60,958 nt of DNA, taken from Candidatus Nomurabacteria bacterium (GTDB taxonomy: Bacteria; Patescibacteriota; Minisyncoccia; Phycocordibacterales; UBA9973). Below the pieces are notes generated by a model, which saw nothing but the letters and a program-made list of their open reading frames with translations, made no database searches and was not told the origin of the DNA. The stretch spans positions 1-60,958 of the forward strand of contig JACPXJ010000045.1 in NCBI GenBank assembly GCA_016196605.1. Direction: 5' to 3'. The position numbers and the translations under genes are program-made. Shown one piece after another: positions 21,682 to 31,400 of the stretch; within the stretch, counting starts at the first letter, position 1, and each line of letters begins with the position of its first letter.

Positions 21682-22731
21682 CTAATTCGCTTTTTTAAAC
21701 TCAATTTTTTCTTCAGCACCTAGAATAATCTCATCCGGCTGGAAGAAATTATTTAATTTAAAAGGGTCTTTTCTTACGGTCATATTACCATCCTTGCTTA
21801 ATTTTATTTCGAGGAGCATGCCTTTCATTGTCGGCTCGCTCCAGGATTGGTCGAATATCAGATTGCCGAGGGAATAGGCGACGAAGCTTTCCTTATAAAT
21901 TTCAAAATCTTGCACTACATGCGGATGGTGGCCGATAATTATTTTTGCGCCGTTGTCTACCGCCTTGTGCGCCAGAAATTCTTGCCTTTTGTCGTGTATT
22001 GGTTTATATTCATCGCCCCAGTGGAAAGAAACAACTAAATAATCTACTATATCGCTAGCGTTTTTGACTATTTCATCAAAGCGGGGATTGTGGGCGAGCA
22101 AGAGTCCCGCCTTCGCTCCCGCTTCGGCGGGCAAGCCCGCTGTGTCTTCTCCCGCTTCCATATCATTTGGTCCCACATCGGAGAATCCGAGAAACCCTAT
22201 CTTGATGCCATTTTTTTCTATAATGGTCGGTGTTTCCGCCTCTTTACCATCCATGCCCCCTCCGGTAAAAAGTATTCCAGTTATTTTCAATTTCTCTAAA
22301 CTATCTATATATGCGCTTCTTCCCCAGTCTCCGACGTGGTTGTTGGCGACCGATACTGCTGTAATGCCCGCATTTTTTAATGCCGGCAAGATTGCCGGAT
22401 CCATGCGGAAAGAGTAAAGATTGCGCTTGTCGCGCCCCTTATCCGACACCGGGCCTTCCAGATTGGCGAAAACAATATCAAAGTTTTTAAATAACCCCAG
22501 ATTTTCAAAGAGTCGGTTATAATCTCCGCCTAAATTTTTAGTTACCGAAGCTTTCACTCCGCGATCCAGCATCATGTCGCCACCAAAAATTAGTTTTACG
22601 TATTCCGGATCTTTATAAGCCGGTATCTGTGTCGCAAGCTGTCCAATCTCTTTTACTTCTTCTTTTTCGAAAAATAAAAAGGGCGCAACTAGAACTATGA
22701 TTCCAAAAATTATATAGAGAAATTTCTTCAT
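21682..22731 (-). CDS. CapA-family (PGA_cap, metallophosphatase-fold) protein, membrane-anchored
   Basis: FGGDMMLDRGV, FANLEGP, VSVANNHVGDWG, VVSFHWGDEY, IIGHHPHVVQ. Start moved to MKKFLY (22731) to avoid overlapping rnr. Confidence 0.8.
   Translation of the reverse strand: MKKFLYIIFGIIVLVAPFLFFEKEEVKEIGQLATQIPAYKDPEYVKLIFGGDMMLDRGVKASVTKNLGGDYNRLFENLGLFKNFDIVFANLEGPVSDKGRDKRNLYSFRMDPAILPALKNAGITAVSVANNHVGDWGRSAYIDSLEKLKITGILFTGGGMDGKEAETPTIIEKNGIKIGFLGFSDVGPNDMEAGEDTAGLPAEAGAKAGLLLAHNPRFDEIVKNASDIVDYLVVSFHWGDEYKPIHDKRQEFLAHKAVDNGAKIIIGHHPHVVQDFEIYKESFVAYSLGNLIFDQSWSEPTMKGMLLEIKLSKDGNMTVRKDPFKLNNFFQPDEIILGAEEKIEFKKAN
22096..22150. repeat. GC-rich hairpin segment in-frame in capA
   Basis: cccgcc...ggcggg and gcgggc-aa-gcccgc stems. 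Encodes TAGLPAEAGAKAG. Shares a 15-mer with gyrB. Confidence 0.4.
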
Positions 22732-22735
22732 GGCT

Positions 22736-24715
22736 TTATGCCAGGGCATAGTCGATTGTCTTCCTTTCCAGATCGACACCCTTTACTCTTACTTTGATCC
22801 GGTCGCCGAGACGGTAGCTTTTTTTCTTCTTTTGTCCGGTCAGTTCCAGTTTTTTTTCATTGAAAACATAAAAGTCATCAGTGAGGTCTCGTACTCGCAC
22901 CAGCCCTTCACATTTTGTTTCTATTTCTTCCACATACATACCCCATTCCGTAATGCCGCTGATTACGCCGTTCATAGTCTGTCCCACGCGCTCGGACATA
23001 TATTCTGCCTGTTTGTATTTTATCGATGCCCGCTCCGCATCGGCGGCGCGTTTTTCCTGCTCGGAAGAAACTCTGGCGATCCTTTCATAGGAGAGGAGAT
23101 GTTCTCTAAATTTTTCTTTAGCGATTTTTGTATTTGCCAGGTGATTTGCGAGAAGCCGGTGCACGATGATATCCGGATATCGCCTGATCGGGGAGGTGAA
23201 ATGAGTATAGTGCTTAAAGGCGAGCCCATAATGCCCGATATTTTGAGTAGAATAAATAGCTTTGGCCATGGATCGGATGACTGCTCTGTGAACGGTATCG
23301 CTCATGGTGCTCTTTTTGTCTTCCTTTTCGGATAAACTTTTAAGCAGTTTATTTATTTCGTGGCTTGGAATGATCCCGTCCACCAGAGACACTTTGTGCC
23401 CTAGCCCTCGCAAAAAGAAAGCTAAGTCGGCCATCTTTTCTTTGCTAGGCAGATCATGGATGCGATAAATAGAGACTGTTTCGTCCTTGTTTTTATGTTT
23501 TAATTCCTTAGTAATTTTGGGTGTTAGTATTTCTGCCACTTTTTTGTTCGCCAGAAGCATGAATTCTTCTATCAGCCGGTTCGAGTCGCCGCGCTCTTTT
23601 CGCATTACTTTTATTGGCACACCCTCCGGGTCTAGTACGAACTTCACTTCTTCTTGATCGAGCGAAATAGCGCCTTCGGCAAACCTTTCCGCTGTAAGTT
23701 TTTTAGCGAGGTTGTTTAGGATCGCGAGCTCTTTATGGAGGGGAGCGCCGGCTTGCTTGATCGATGATTCCGCTTCTTCATAAGTGAATCTATGCCTTGA
23801 ATGGATGACAGTCCGTCCGTACCATTCACCCTTCACATGGGTGTTTTTGTCCATAATGAAAACCGCGCTCATGGTGAGCCGGTCCTTGTTTGGCACCAGA
23901 CTGCACAAATCGTTCGAAAGTTCCTCCGGCAGCATGGGAATCGTTCTGTCCACGAGGTATACCGAAGTTCCGCGTCCGCGCGCCTCCTCGTCTAGGTGGC
24001 TTCCGGGTTTGACATAGTGCGAAACATCAGCAATGTGGATGCCGATTTCATATTCGCCATTGGCAAGTTCTTTAAACGAAATTGCATCATCAAAATCTTT
24101 AGCATCTGATGGATCAATGGTGAAGGTGAGGGTGTTTCTAAAATCCCGCCGACCGGCATAATCGCTTGCCTTGATGCCCTCATGCTTTATAATTCTCGCT
24201 TCGTCTTCCACTTTTGTCGGAAGTTTCGCCTCGAAGCCCTTTTCCAGCGCGATCGCATGCATCTCCGCGTCGTTGTCGCCCGGCTGGCCCAAGATTTTTA
24301 TCACCCGCCCTTCCGGCGCTTTGCGCGCGTTTGTCCACGCTACTATCTCCACAAAAACTTTTTCACCGATCGTGGCCGAGTTCAAACCAGTGAGAGGTAT
24401 CAGAATATCCGTGTACATTTTGGTGTCGTCCGGTTTAAGAAAGGTTAGATGGCCTTCTCGCTCCAGTACTCCGGCGAAGCGCATTTTCGCGCGGGTGATT
24501 ATTTTTGAGACCTCAGCTGTTTGCCTACTCCTGCCTTTCGGATGGAGAATTATTTCCACCAAATCTCCATGCAGGGCGGTATTTAGGTGTTTGAAATCGA
24601 TTTCCGGGTCCTCTTCCAGCGTTGGAATTTTTAAATAACCTGTGCCTTTCGAGGTAATGGAAATAATGCCCTGTTTTCTGCTGCTCTTGTCTTTTTTGGG
24701 GTTGCTTATAGTCAT
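22736..24715 (-). CDS. rnr: ribonuclease R (RNB family exoribonuclease with a C-terminal S1 domain)
   Basis: RNB motifs (DPSDAKDFDDAIS, TSVYLVDRTIPMLP, HFTSPIRRYPD) and an S1 domain (GVISGITEWGMYVEE). Confidence 0.93.
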   Translation of the reverse strand: MTISNPKKDKSSRKQGIISITSKGTGYLKIPTLEEDPEIDFKHLNTALHGDLVEIILHPKGRSRQTAEVSKIITRAKMRFAGVLEREGHLTFLKPDDTKMYTDILIPLTGLNSATIGEKVFVEIVAWTNARKAPEGRVIKILGQPGDNDAEMHAIALEKGFEAKLPTKVEDEARIIKHEGIKASDYAGRRDFRNTLTFTIDPSDAKDFDDAISFKELANGEYEIGIHIADVSHYVKPGSHLDEEARGRGTSVYLVDRTIPMLPEELSNDLCSLVPNKDRLTMSAVFIMDKNTHVKGEWYGRTVIHSRHRFTYEEAESSIKQAGAPLHKELAILNNLAKKLTAERFAEGAISLDQEEVKFVLDPEGVPIKVMRKERGDSNRLIEEFMLLANKKVAEILTPKITKELKHKNKDETVSIYRIHDLPSKEKMADLAFFLRGLGHKVSLVDGIIPSHEINKLLKSLSEKEDKKSTMSDTVHRAVIRSMAKAIYSTQNIGHYGLAFKHYTHFTSPIRRYPDIIVHRLLANHLANTKIAKEKFREHLLSYERIARVSSEQEKRAADAERASIKYKQAEYMSERVGQTMNGVISGITEWGMYVEEIETKCEGLVRVRDLTDDFYVFNEKKLELTGQKKKKSYRLGDRIKVRVKGVDLERKTIDYALA

Positions 24716-24755
24716 ATTGCCCTTTTAATATAGCAAAATATGGCCAAAATAGCGC

Positions 24756-24784
24756 TTGACAATGGGGTCAAAATATGCTATACT
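24756..24784 (+). promoter_or_regulatory. near-consensus sigma70-type promoter (TTGACA-17-TATACT)
   Basis: ttgaca at 24756-24761, a 17-nt spacer, tatact at 24779-24784. About 110 nt upstream of ORF 24898. Confidence 0.65.
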
Positions 24785-24897
24785 CTACGGGATAATAGAT
24801 GAATTTCTTTGTAAAGTAAAGAAGTGTCGTTGGAAGCAATCGACACTCAAATAAACAGCTTCCGGAGACCCGCCCTATCATAAAGGCGGGGAAAAAG

Positions 24898-25308
24898 ATG
24901 TACAAGAGTAACTACCAGGACGAGGCTCCGCAGGAGTCCGTCCACGTCGAGAAGAAAAAGTGGTCGGTGTGGCAATGGACGATCCTGTTCCTTGTCGTCC
25001 CGGTAGGTCTTTACCTGTTGGTGTCACTCACCGGCTGCGTGGCGATGAAGGCAATTGGTGCGATCGCAGACATGGACAACGGCGAAAAAAACAAAATCAA
25101 CGGGGTGGTAGAAGTGGTGAGGGCCGACGCAAGCCGGCCAGTCGTGGTCTACGGCGGGGGTTACTACGGTGGTTATTACGGCGGTGGCGTATATACCTCT
25201 GCCGGCGGTTACTACGGCTACGGCGTGGGGTATGATCCCCACCTCGCGGCCAGTCACGCCCATACGCGCATGCTCATGCGGGAGGCCCTCGAAGAGGGCG
25301 GCCGATAG
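24898..25308 (+). CDS. Gly/Tyr-rich putative lipoprotein in a locally GC-rich patch
   Basis: Hydrophobic segment ending in the lipobox-like LTGC, then GGGYYGGYYGGGVYTSAGGYYGYGVGY. Flanked by a promoter and a terminator. Confidence 0.45.
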   Translation: MYKSNYQDEAPQESVHVEKKKWSVWQWTILFLVVPVGLYLLVSLTGCVAMKAIGAIADMDNGEKNKINGVVEVVRADASRPVVVYGGGYYGGYYGGGVYTSAGGYYGYGVGYDPHLAASHAHTRMLMREALEEGGR

Positions 25309-25360
25309 TCGGGTGGGTAATCGGCGAACACCCAAAACAAAGTTCGCCATCAACTAGACA

Positions 25361-25400
25361 AAGCGCGTTCGCGGATCTCCGCAACGCGCTTGTTTATTTG
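25361..25400 (+). terminator. intrinsic terminator
   Basis: aagcgcgttcgcgga-tc-tccgcaacgcgctt followed by tgtttatttg. Confidence 0.7.
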
Positions 25401-25436
25401 TGTTGCCTTTTTAATAATTTATGCTAAGCTCTCGGT

Positions 25437-25760
25437 ATGTTAATGATACGGCTTCAGAGAATAGGCAGAAAGAACGACCCGGCTTTTCGCGTGGTTTTGA
25501 CTGATTCTAAAAATAGCACCAAGAGCGGAAAATTTCTTGAAGTGCTCGGCACTTACAATCCGAAAGCTTTGGACAAAGGAGGCAGAATGAAACTTATTGA
25601 TGACAGGATAAGGCACTGGATATCGGTGGGCGCGCAATGTTCTGACACTATGCACAATTTCTTAGTGCAGAATAAAATCATAGAAGGCAAAAAAGTGAAT
25701 GTTTTACCCAGAAAGAAACCAACCCAAAAGAAAAAAGAGATGAAGGCGGCGGCAAAATAA
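25437..25760 (+). CDS. rpsP: 30S ribosomal protein S16
   Basis: MIRLQRIGRKNDPAFRVVLTDS...LGTYNP. Confidence 0.9.
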   Translation: MLMIRLQRIGRKNDPAFRVVLTDSKNSTKSGKFLEVLGTYNPKALDKGGRMKLIDDRIRHWISVGAQCSDTMHNFLVQNKIIEGKKVNVLPRKKPTQKKKEMKAAAK

Positions 25761-25886
25761 CCGCCTGCGCTCCCGCTACGGCGGGTCAGGGCTTTTATTT
25801 GAAATATTTTTTAAATTAGTTACAATTACAGGTAAGCAGTAAGTCGTAACACTGCCAATCAGATTAACAGATTTATTTATAATAAT

Positions 25887-26255
25887 ATGCAAGACGCAGA
25901 CAAGGTGTTTTTGGAGTATGTAGTGAAAGCGCTGGTTGATAACCCGAACGATGTTGTGATCGATCGCACTGTGGATGAGATGGGGGTTCTTATAAGTCTT
26001 ACGGTAAATCCTGCCGACATGGGCAAGATCATCGGAAGAATGGGCAATACCGCTAAGGCCATCCGCACGCTTCTTCGAATCATCGGCATGAAAAATAACG
26101 CGCGGGTAAATTTGAAGATCAACGAACCCGAGGGAGGCACTGGCGGCATGAGGCAGGAAGGAAGCTCGAGCTTCACAAGAACTGACAGGCCTATGAGCGC
26201 AACACCTATCATGAAAACGGTGGATGAAGCGATGGAAGATCTGAAAGGCATCTAG
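25887..26255 (+). CDS. KH-domain RNA-binding protein (YlqC/UPF0109-like)
   Basis: VEYVVKALVDNPNDV...MGKIIGRMGNTAKAIRTLL. Sits between rpsP and trmD as in the conserved operon. Confidence 0.8.
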   Translation: MQDADKVFLEYVVKALVDNPNDVVIDRTVDEMGVLISLTVNPADMGKIIGRMGNTAKAIRTLLRIIGMKNNARVNLKINEPEGGTGGMRQEGSSSFTRTDRPMSATPIMKTVDEAMEDLKGI

Positions 26256-26908
26256 TGAATTTTCACGTTATCACAATTTTCCCGGAAATGTTCGATTCTT
26301 ATCTGAAAGAATCTATTATCGGGCGGGCGATAAAGGATAAAAAAATATCCATAAAATTTTACAATCCGATGGACTTCTGCAAGCCGAAGGAGAGAGTGGA
26401 CGGCCGGCCGTATGGCGGCGGTCCGGGGATGGTCCTCCGTCCGGAATTTTTTCTGAAAACGTTTGGAAAAATCAATCTACGCTATGGCGTAGATGTAAAA
26501 AAGAAAGTAAAGATTGTTCTGTTTTCGACAAGTGGCAAAAAGTTTACGACAAGCTATGCAAAAACTGCAGCAAAAAAGTATTCCGACATTATTTTAATTT
26601 CTGGCCGATACGAAGGCATAGACGCGAGAGTGCAGAAAATTCTTAAAGCAGAAGAAATTTCCATCGGGGATTATGTCTTAACCGGAGGGGAATTGCCGGC
26701 AATGGTTTTGATCGATTCCATTTCCCGCCAGATTCCCGGAGTTTTAGGGAAGTATGAATCACTGGAAGAAGAGCGAGTGTCTTCAAGCGAAGTTTACACC
26801 CGTCCAGAGATTTTAAAATACAAAGGTAAAAAATATCGAGTCCCTAAAGTTTTGCTTTCAGGTAATCATAAAAATATAGAGGAGTGGAAAAAGAATAAAA
26901 AAGAATAA
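26255..26908 (+). CDS. trmD: tRNA (guanine37-N1)-methyltransferase
   Basis: ITIFPEMF, VDGRPYGGGPGMV, SGRYEGIDARV, IGDYVLTGGELPAMVLIDS. Confidence 0.93.
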   Translation: MNFHVITIFPEMFDSYLKESIIGRAIKDKKISIKFYNPMDFCKPKERVDGRPYGGGPGMVLRPEFFLKTFGKINLRYGVDVKKKVKIVLFSTSGKKFTTSYAKTAAKKYSDIILISGRYEGIDARVQKILKAEEISIGDYVLTGGELPAMVLIDSISRQIPGVLGKYESLEEERVSSSEVYTRPEILKYKGKKYRVPKVLLSGNHKNIEEWKKNKKE

Positions 26909-26927
26909 AATATGGTATAATATATTC

Positions 26928-27431
26928 GTGAATAAAAAATATGTGTCTGGCTTCACTTTAATAGAACTTCTGGTGGTTGTCGGAATTATTGGGCTGCTTT
27001 CCAGTGTGGTTTTAGCAAGTCTGAATACTGCACGAGCAAAAGCGAGAGACGCAAGAAAACAAGCCGATTTTAAACAGATAAGTACGGCTCTAAATTTTTA
27101 TTATGATAAATACGGAACAATGCCAGCAAATCTTGTTCCTGGAGTTGATGTTTGCGATGGCGGACCTAATCAAATCCAGTATGATCAGCTTATGACAAAT
27201 TTTATTAGCGATGGATTTTTAGGACAGATACCTCGTACTCCGGGTGGTGGAACATATTGTTATTATAATTACGGTGCTAATAGTTCTGCTGGAGCCCTCT
27301 TGGTTACCTCTTTGGAAGCTGTTCCCGATACGACTGCAGGTATTGCTCCATCATGCAGGCCGTGGCCGCCGAATGTGAATTGGTGCAATCAGAGCAGTAG
27401 CAAAGCATATTGCATATGTAATCCGTATTAA
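26928..27431 (+). CDS. type IV pilin / pseudopilin
   Basis: SG/FTLIELLVVVGIIGLLSSVVLASL classic prepilin N-terminus. Confidence 0.8.
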   Translation: MNKKYVSGFTLIELLVVVGIIGLLSSVVLASLNTARAKARDARKQADFKQISTALNFYYDKYGTMPANLVPGVDVCDGGPNQIQYDQLMTNFISDGFLGQIPRTPGGGTYCYYNYGANSSAGALLVTSLEAVPDTTAGIAPSCRPWPPNVNWCNQSSSKAYCICNPY

Positions 27432-28093
27432 TGATCGCTGAGCTTCGTTTATCTAAAAAATCCGCATATGCTATAATTCTAGATATGAACAAGGAAGATG
27501 GATATATTGAAAGACTGAAAGATTTTTTAAATTCCGACACCAACGAAGCGAAAATTGCCTTGGTTGCTCTTTGTGTATTAGCTGTGGCTTCAATGCCTAT
27601 CCTTGTTGCAGGAGCTTCTGTTATGGGCAATGCGGTGCAGTGTTTCAAAATGTTTGAAGGATCCAAAAAATATTCCAATAAGCAGATTAGCAGTGTATTT
27701 GATAGCATGAAACGCCAAAAGTTAATAGAATATGTCTCTGACAAAGGAGGAAAAACAATAGTAAAAATTACAAAAAAGGGCGAGACTAAATTGCGAGCTT
27801 TTGATATCGAGCTTATGAAGATCAGCAAACCAAAGAAATGGGACGGCAAATGGCGACTGGTAATGTTTGATATCCCGATTAGATTCACCAAAGGGAGAGA
27901 AGCGCTCAGGTATCATTTAAAAGATCTAAATTTCTTTCAATTTCAAAAATCTGCCTGGATTTATCCTTATGCGTGTGAGGATGAGATAATTTTTATTGCC
28001 GATTTTTTTGGAGTAGGGAAGCATGTGGATATTTTGACTGTGGATAGTACCTCAAGAGACGAAAAATTAAAAAAACATTTTCATTTATCTTAA
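27431..28093 (+). CDS. PaaX-like regulator (WDGKW...FDIP...QKSAWIYP motif). Alternative start at 27485
   Basis: KKWDGKWRLVMFDIPIRFTKGREALRYHLKDLNFFQFQKSAWIYPY matches the PaaX-family central motif. Paralogue of 12911. Confidence 0.65.
   Translation: MIAELRLSKKSAYAIILDMNKEDGYIERLKDFLNSDTNEAKIALVALCVLAVASMPILVAGASVMGNAVQCFKMFEGSKKYSNKQISSVFDSMKRQKLIEYVSDKGGKTIVKITKKGETKLRAFDIELMKISKPKKWDGKWRLVMFDIPIRFTKGREALRYHLKDLNFFQFQKSAWIYPYACEDEIIFIADFFGVGKHVDILTVDSTSRDEKLKKHFHLS
27451..27484. promoter_or_regulatory. 34-nt palindromic site (ATCT...GCATATGC...AGAT) at the 5' end of the PaaX-like gene
   Basis: atctaaaaaatccgcatatgctataattctagat. A partner lies at 28104-28137. Confidence 0.45.
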
Positions 28094-28103
28094 ACTGTTT
28101 TCT

Positions 28104-28137
28104 ATCTAAGATTCTAGCATATGCGAGAAAGTCAGAT
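28104..28137. promoter_or_regulatory. 34-nt partner site 3' of the PaaX-like gene
   Basis: atctaagattctagcatatgcgagaaagtcagat. 28104-28124 is 18/21 reverse-complementary to 27464-27484. Confidence 0.45.
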
Positions 28138-28402
28138 ATGGAATTTTAATGAGATTTAATGACTAGAAAAGAAAAATTATCGATTTTCCATAATCCCCAA
28201 ACTGAGGTTGACAAAAAAACCTCATTAGTGTAGGGTACTTTTGATTCACTGATTGAGTAACGGATGGAATCTTAGTGTTATACGGTGCTTATATTACTAG
28301 GGTTTTTAACTTAATCATATCTAAATAATTTTAAGAAGCTAAAGAAAAGTAATTTCTCTATTTTTCTTTCGTTTTTTTAACTTATCGCAGATAAATGCAA
28401 AT

Positions 28403-31400
28403 ATGCATACAATTGCCAAGCGTCCGAAGAAATATTTTTCTAGGTACAAGAAGCCGCTCGCTCCGTTTCCAAATCTAATAGAGTCGCAAGTGAAAAGTTT
28501 CAAATGGCTAGTGGAAAAAGGCATCGGAGAGGTCTTCAAAGAATTTTCTCCGATCGCGGACTATTCCGCAAAAAAATTTCAGCTTGAGTTCACGTCTTTT
28601 TCGCTTTCGGAATGCAAGTACGATGAAAGTAATGCAAAAATAAATAAACTTTCCTATCAGGGGTTACTCAAGGCAAGGGTAAAGTTGACGAATAAAATTT
28701 TAGGTACTGTCAAAGAGCAGGAAATTTTTATGTCTGAGCTGCCTCTGATGACTTCCCACGGCACCTTTATCATCAACGGCGTAGAGCGCGTGATCGTGCC
28801 CCAGCTCGCGCGAAGCTTCGGGGTTTTCTTTACCGAGAGTGAAAACAAAGGCAGCAGGTACTTTGGCGCCAAAATTATCCCGGCTCGTGGCGTCTGGATA
28901 GAAATAGAATCCGAAGCTGACGGCGGCATTTACATAAGAATAGACAAAAAAAGAAAGTTTCCGACTACCGCCCTGCTTCGAGCCATGGGCTACGAAAATA
29001 ACGACGCTATTTTAAAGGCATTTAACGACTTGGCGGTTAAACCGCCACTTGGCGGTTTAACCGCCAAGTTAGTTGAGGAGGCGATAAAAAATAGTTTGGC
29101 AAAAGACGGGATTAAAAGCGTGAATGACGCTTACATCGAAATGTACAAGCGCCTGCGGGACGGCGATATGGCAACGGCGGAAAATGCGAAAGAGTTTATT
29201 GACTCATTATTTACGCCGGAAAGATATGATCTGTCTCCGGTTGGTCGTTTCCGATTCAACCAGCGTTTCTCTAAGGGAATGGATGAAGCAGCTCTCGCGC
29301 GAAGAACTATCTCCAAGGAAGATTTGGCTACAGTTGTTGCGCATATCATAACTTTAAACAATACCCCGGGCGCAAAGAGCGACGACATCGATCACCTCGG
29401 CCAGAGGCGTGTGCGATTTGTCGGCGAAATACTCCAGCAAAAAGTGCGCACCGGCATGATGCAGATCAAGAGAAATATCCAGGACCGAATGTCTATTATT
29501 GATGTCGATACGGCCATGCCTATCGCCATCATCAATCAGCGTCCGCTGCAGGCTCGCATCAAGGAATTTTTCACCACCAACCAGCTCTCGCAATTCATGG
29601 CGCAGGAAAATGTGCTTTATGAAATAGAGCATCTGCGCACTCTCTCGGCGCTCGGTCCGGGCGGCCTTACCCGCGAACGCGCCGGACTGGAAGTCCGCGA
29701 CGTGCATCCTTCGCACTACGGGCGAGTCTGCCCAATACACACTCCGGAAGGTCCTAACATCGGACTTATTCTTCACCTCTCCACCTATGCCAAAATAAAT
29801 GATTTTGGGATAATTGAAGCTCCGTACGTAAAGGTTTCCAAGGGGAAAATCACCGGCGAAGTGGTTTATCTGAACGCTTTGGAAGAAGAAAAATACAACA
29901 TCGCGCATGCCGCGACTCCTTATGACGAGAAAGGCGTTATAACCGAAGAAAAAGTGGAAGCTAGAATCAAAACAGAACCGGGCGCTATTTCCCGAGACCA
30001 AGTTGACTTCATCGATGTGTCTCCGAATCAGGCATTTTCCATCGCGACTTCCATGATCCCGTTTTTAGAACATAACAATGCGAATCGCGCGCTGATGGGT
30101 TCGAACATGCAGAAGCAGGCGGTGCCCTGCGTTTTGCCGGAGGCTCCCTTGGTAGCGACAGGTACGGAAGAATTAGCCTCCCGAGACTCCGGCCGCCTAA
30201 TTATCGCTCTCGAGGAAGGCGCTGTTTCTTATTTGGATGCGAAGAAAATAGTGGTAGGAGGTAAAAAAGAAAAAACTTATAACCTCGTTAATTTTATGAG
30301 GAACAATAACTTTGCCGTATTCCATCAGCGTCCGCTGGTCAACATCGGCGATAAAGTAAAGAAAGGGGAAGTGTTAGCGGATACATCGAGCACGGTGGGC
30401 GGACAGATTTCCCTCGGCCAAAATGTTTTTGTGGCTTTCTTGTCCTGGTCCGGGTCTACTTACGAAGACGCGATCATAGTTTCTGAGCGACTGGTTAAGA
30501 AGAGTAAATTCACGTCTATTTATGTGGAAGAATTTACCTGCGTGGTTCGCGATACCAAGCTTGGACCGGAAATAACGACCCGCGATATACCGAATGTGGG
30601 AGAATTCAAACTTAAAGATTTAGATGAAGATGGCGTGGTTCGCATCGGGGCAGAAGTGAGAGAAAACGATATTCTAGTCGGAAAAATTACTCCGAAAGGC
30701 GAGACAGAGCTGACACCCGAAGAGCGCCTTCTTCGCTCCATCTTCGCTGAAAAAGCGCGCGATGTGAAAGATACGTCTCTCCGGGTAGAGCACGGCAAGC
30801 GCGGGCGCATCATCGGAGTAAAAATTTTCTCACGCGACTTGGGGCACACACTCGAAGCTGGTATTATCAAAAAGATAGTCATCGAAGTAGCCCAGATACG
30901 CAATATTTCCGTAGGCGATAAACTATCCGGCCGGCACGGCAACAAGGGAGTTATTTCCACTATTCTGCCGGAGGAAGATATGCCATACATGGCAGACGGC
31001 ACCCCGATTGATATCATTCTATCGCCCTTAGGCGTGCCTTCCCGAATGAACTTGGGACAGATTTTGGAAATGCATCTCGGTATGGCGGCAAACTCGCTCG
31101 GATATCAGGCCATTGTCCCTCCGTTCCTTGGAGCAAAGCACGAAGAGATCAAAGAAGAATTAGTAAAAGCAGGATTGCCGGAAAACGGAAAATTAAAGCT
31201 TTTTGACGGGCGCACCGGAGAGCCATTCGAGCAGGATGTCGCGGTAGGGTACATGTACATGCTCAAACTGCACCACATGGTGGAAGACAAGATCCACATG
31301 CGTTCGATCGGCCCTTATTCTCTTATTACCCAGCAGCCGCTCGGCGGCAAGGCCCAGGGCGGAGGGCAGAGATTCGGAGAAATGGAAGTCTGGGCGCTCG

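Noticed and set aside
24960-25353. Alternative-frame ORFs (24960-25235 plus strand, 25024-25353 minus strand, 25169-25357 plus strand) in the GC-rich patch.
   Set aside because: Only the 24898-25308 frame is positioned correctly between the promoter/leader and the terminator, and only it has a hydrophobic anchor. The others are by-products of high GC content.
29354-30001. A 215-aa minus-strand ORF. Similar long antisense or alternative-frame ORFs occur inside rpoB, rpoC, rnr (22730-23335, 24171-24638), rpsB (43899-44465), the PaaX-like/pilin region (27304-27891) and the decarboxylase gene (57878-58453).
   Set aside because: Each lies entirely within a well-supported conserved gene on the opposite strand. 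None has a recognisable motif. They are typical shadow ORFs.
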